From assembly GCA_052139855.1 (NCBI GenBank), contig JBKQVS010000178.1, positions 1-59,576 of the forward strand: a stretch of DNA of 59,576 nucleotides, read 5' to 3'. Position 1 is the first letter of the stretch; every line of letters starts with the position of its first letter. Origin of the DNA: Desulfobaccales bacterium (GTDB taxonomy: Bacteria; Desulfobacterota; Desulfobaccia; Desulfobaccales; 0-14-0-80-60-11). The position numbers were made by a program, and so were the translations under genes. The notes below the pieces were generated by a model. The model was not told the origin of the DNA. It was given only the letters and a program-made list of their open reading frames with translations, and searched no databases. Positions 57,317-59,576 of this stretch are shown here, piece after piece.

Positions 57317-59542
57317 ATGGCTTCGACTGAAGAAATCAGCCTCTCGGTGGGGGGCATGACCTGCGCCGCCTGCGTGGCCCGGGTGGAACGAGCCCTGGCG
57401 GCCACCCCCGGGGTGGATCTGGCCACAGTTAATCTGGCCACCCGCCAGGCCAAGGTAAAATTTAATCCGCGCCTCACCAACCCCGGGGCCCTCAGCCGGG
57501 TGGTTACGGACGCAGGTTACCAGGTGGAAGGGACGTCCAGGGGGCAGGGGGCCCCCCGGTCGCCTGCAGCGGAGATCAAAGAATTTCGCCGGCGCTTCCT
57601 GCTGGCCCTGGTCCTGAGCCTGCCGGTGTGGCTCCTGATGATTCCCCCGGTTGCGAATGCGGTGGGGGTCACCCACCGCACCATGGCCTTCATCCTGCTC
57701 GTCTTTGCCACCCCGGTGATGTTCTACTCCGGGGCCTCATTCTTTTCCGGGGCCGCAAGCGCGGCGCGCCACGGGTCCACCAACATGGACACCCTGGTGG
57801 CCCTGGGCACCTCCGCGGCCTACTTCTACTCGGCCTGGGTCACTTTCTTTCCGGATGCCGTGGCCGCCGCCGGTCATGAGCCCGCGGTTTACTACGACAC
57901 CGCGGTGATGATTATCACCTTCATCCTCCTGGGCCGCTGGCTGGAAGCCCGCACCCGGGGCCGGGCCTCGGAGGCGCTGCGCCGCCTCTTCGCCCTGGCC
58001 CCGCCCACCGCCCGGGTGCGCCGGGGGGAGACGGAGCAGGAAATACCCCTGGCGGAGGTCGCGGCGGGCGACCTGGTGGTGGTGCGGCCCGGGGAAAAGA
58101 TCCCGGTGGACGGCGTCGTGGTCGAGGGGAACAGCAGCGTAGACGAATCCATGCTCACCGGCGAGAGCATGCCGGTACCCAAGGAATCAGGGGCCGAGGT
58201 CTGGGGGGCTACCCTGAATCAGCGCGGCTTTCTGGTCTTTAAAGCCACCCGGGTGGGGCAGGACATGGTGCTCTCCCAGATCATCCGCCTGGTGGATGAG
58301 GCCCAGACCGGGAAGGCCCCCATCGAGCACCTGGTGGATAGGGTAGCGGCCGTCTTCGTGCCGGCGGTTATGGGTCTGGCCGCAATTACCTTCCTGACCT
58401 GGTACTTCTGGGGGCCGGCGCCGACTTTCAGCCGGGCGGTCATCAGCATGGTGGCGGTGCTGATCATCGCCTGCCCCTGCGCCATGGGCCTGGCCACCCC
58501 CACCGCGGTGATGGTGGGATCGGGCCGGGGCGCCGAGCTGGGCATCCTCCTGAGGGGCGGCGAACCCCTGGAGCGGGCCTATCGCTTGACCACCGTGATC
58601 TTCGACAAGACCGGCACCCTCACCCGGGGCACCCCCCAGGTGACGGATGTCCATACCTGGGAGCATTGGAGCGCGGAGGCGGTCCTGGCCCATGCCGCGG
58701 CCCTGGAGGAGAAATCGGAGCACCCTCTGGCCGAGGCCATCACCCACGCCGCTAAAACCCAAAATTTGCCTCTGCCCGGGGTGGACGACTTCCAGGCCGT
58801 GCCGGGGATGGGGGTGGAGGCCAGGATCGACGGCCAGGAAGTGCTCTTGGGAAACCTGGCCTTCCTGGCCCGACAAGGCGTCGCCTCGGAGAACCTCACC
58901 CAGCACCAGGACCAGTTGTCTCGGGAGGGCAAGACCGCCATTTTTCTGGCCGTGGGACACAAACCCGTGGGGGTGATCGCCGCGGCCGACACCCTGAAGC
59001 CCAAGGCCGCCCAGACCGTGGCCGCCTTGAAGGCCATGGGCCTGAAAATCCTGCTCCTGAGCGGCGACAATCACCTGACCGCGGCGGCAGTGGCCAAAAG
59101 CATCGGCATCGAAGAGGTGCTGGCGGAAGTGCTGCCCGGCGACAAGGCCAAAAAGGTGGCGAATCTCCAGGCCGCGGGGGGGGTAGTGGCCATGGTGGGG
59201 GACGGCATCAACGACGCCCCGGCCCTGGCGCAGGCCGACGTGGGCATCGCCCTGGGCACCGGCGCGGACGTGGCCCTGGAGGCCGCGGACTTAACCCTCA
59301 TCCGGGACGACCTGGACCTGATCCCGGCGGCCATCCAACTCTCCCGACAGATGATGCGCATCATCCGCCAAAACCTGTTCTGGGCCTTCTGCTATAATAT
59401 CGTGGCCATCCCCGTGGCCGCCGGGGCCTTTTACCCCCTGTGGGGCTGGACCCTCAGCCCGGCCCTGGCCGCCCTCGCCATGGCCATGAGCTCAGTGAGC
59501 GTGGTTACTAATAGCCTCCGCCTGCGGCGGTTTAAAGCGTGA
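57317..59542 (+). CDS. copA: P1B-type copper ATPase
   Basis: [34 protein letters not shown] and MAMSS. Confidence 0.95.
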   Translation: MASTEEISLSVGGMTCAACVARVERALAATPGVDLATVNLATRQAKVKFNPRLTNPGALSRVVTDAGYQVEGTSRGQGAPRSPAAEIKEFRRRFLLALVLSLPVWLLMIPPVANAVGVTHRTMAFILLVFATPVMFYSGASFFSGAASAARHGSTNMDTLVALGTSAAYFYSAWVTFFPDAVAAAGHEPAVYYDTAVMIITFILLGRWLEARTRGRASEALRRLFALAPPTARVRRGETEQEIPLAEVAAGDLVVVRPGEKIPVDGVVVEGNSSVDESMLTGESMPVPKESGAEVWGATLNQRGFLVFKATRVGQDMVLSQIIRLVDEAQTGKAPIEHLVDRVAAVFVPAVMGLAAITFLTWYFWGPAPTFSRAVISMVAVLIIACPCAMGLATPTAVMVGSGRGAELGILLRGGEPLERAYRLTTVIFDKTGTLTRGTPQVTDVHTWEHWSAEAVLAHAAALEEKSEHPLAEAITHAAKTQNLPLPGVDDFQAVPGMGVEARIDGQEVLLGNLAFLARQGVASENLTQHQDQLSREGKTAIFLAVGHKPVGVIAAADTLKPKAAQTVAALKAMGLKILLLSGDNHLTAAAVAKSIGIEEVLAEVLPGDKAKKVANLQAAGGVVAMVGDGINDAPALAQADVGIALGTGADVALEAADLTLIRDDLDLIPAAIQLSRQMMRIIRQNLFWAFCYNIVAIPVAAGAFYPLWGWTLSPALAALAMAMSSVSVVTNSLRLRRFKA

Positions 59543-59545
59543 GGT

Positions 59546-59576
59546 CTTGGGGGAGGGGGCTAAGGGCCGCAGGCCC
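59546..59576. repeat. REP-like element, truncated by the window edge
   Basis: CTTGGGGGAGGGGGCTAAGGGCC.. similar to 2434-2479. Confidence 0.55.

Noticed and set aside
1071-59364. Many long alternative-frame and antisense ORFs (for example 1071-2342, 12174-13565, 22054-23364, 45613-46989)
   Set aside because: They overlap well-supported genes, carry no motifs and are expected in high-GC DNA
1-59576. tRNA, rRNA, CRISPR array, integrase, transposase, selenoprotein readthrough
   Set aside because: No such signatures seen by eye; repeats are dispersed palindromes without regular spacers, and no gene appears split at an in-frame TGA

Overview
About 60 kb of GC-rich bacterial chromosome. Gene content (LarB/LarE, DUF39, CFeSP-like protein, HpnI, lipid A operon with lpxI) points to an anaerobic Desulfobacterota (deltaproteobacterium); this taxonomic call is inference. 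Most of the window is housekeeping: feoB, mpl, pdxJ-ybeY-HD-phoH, lysS-lolE-lolD-bamA-skp-lpxD-fabZ-lpxA-lpxI, glgC, hisC-cmk-rpsA-sppA, tsaC, copA. I saw no tRNA, rRNA, CRISPR array, integrase or transposase. The most interesting block is 11.0-15.3 kb: a minus-strand operon of an outer-membrane barrel plus a NikMN/Q/O-type ECF transporter, with an attenuator-like leader, followed by a 53-aa His/Cys-rich peptide gene (19 His, CCH at both ends) that the ORF track misses. Together these look like a nickel/cobalt import-and-storage module, and larB and larE are in the same window. Other items worth checking: three consecutive sulfur-insertion enzyme genes behind a structured leader, a stand-alone Fe-S plus corrinoid-domain protein (AcsC/HgcA fold, not HgcA), an in-frame cmk-rpsA fusion, and a lower-GC block with nagZ, a sodium:solute symporter and an N-truncated kdpD-kdpE preceded by KdpE-type boxes. 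Several REP-like palindrome families fill the intergenic spaces. All functional calls come from motif recognition by eye; no database search was run.
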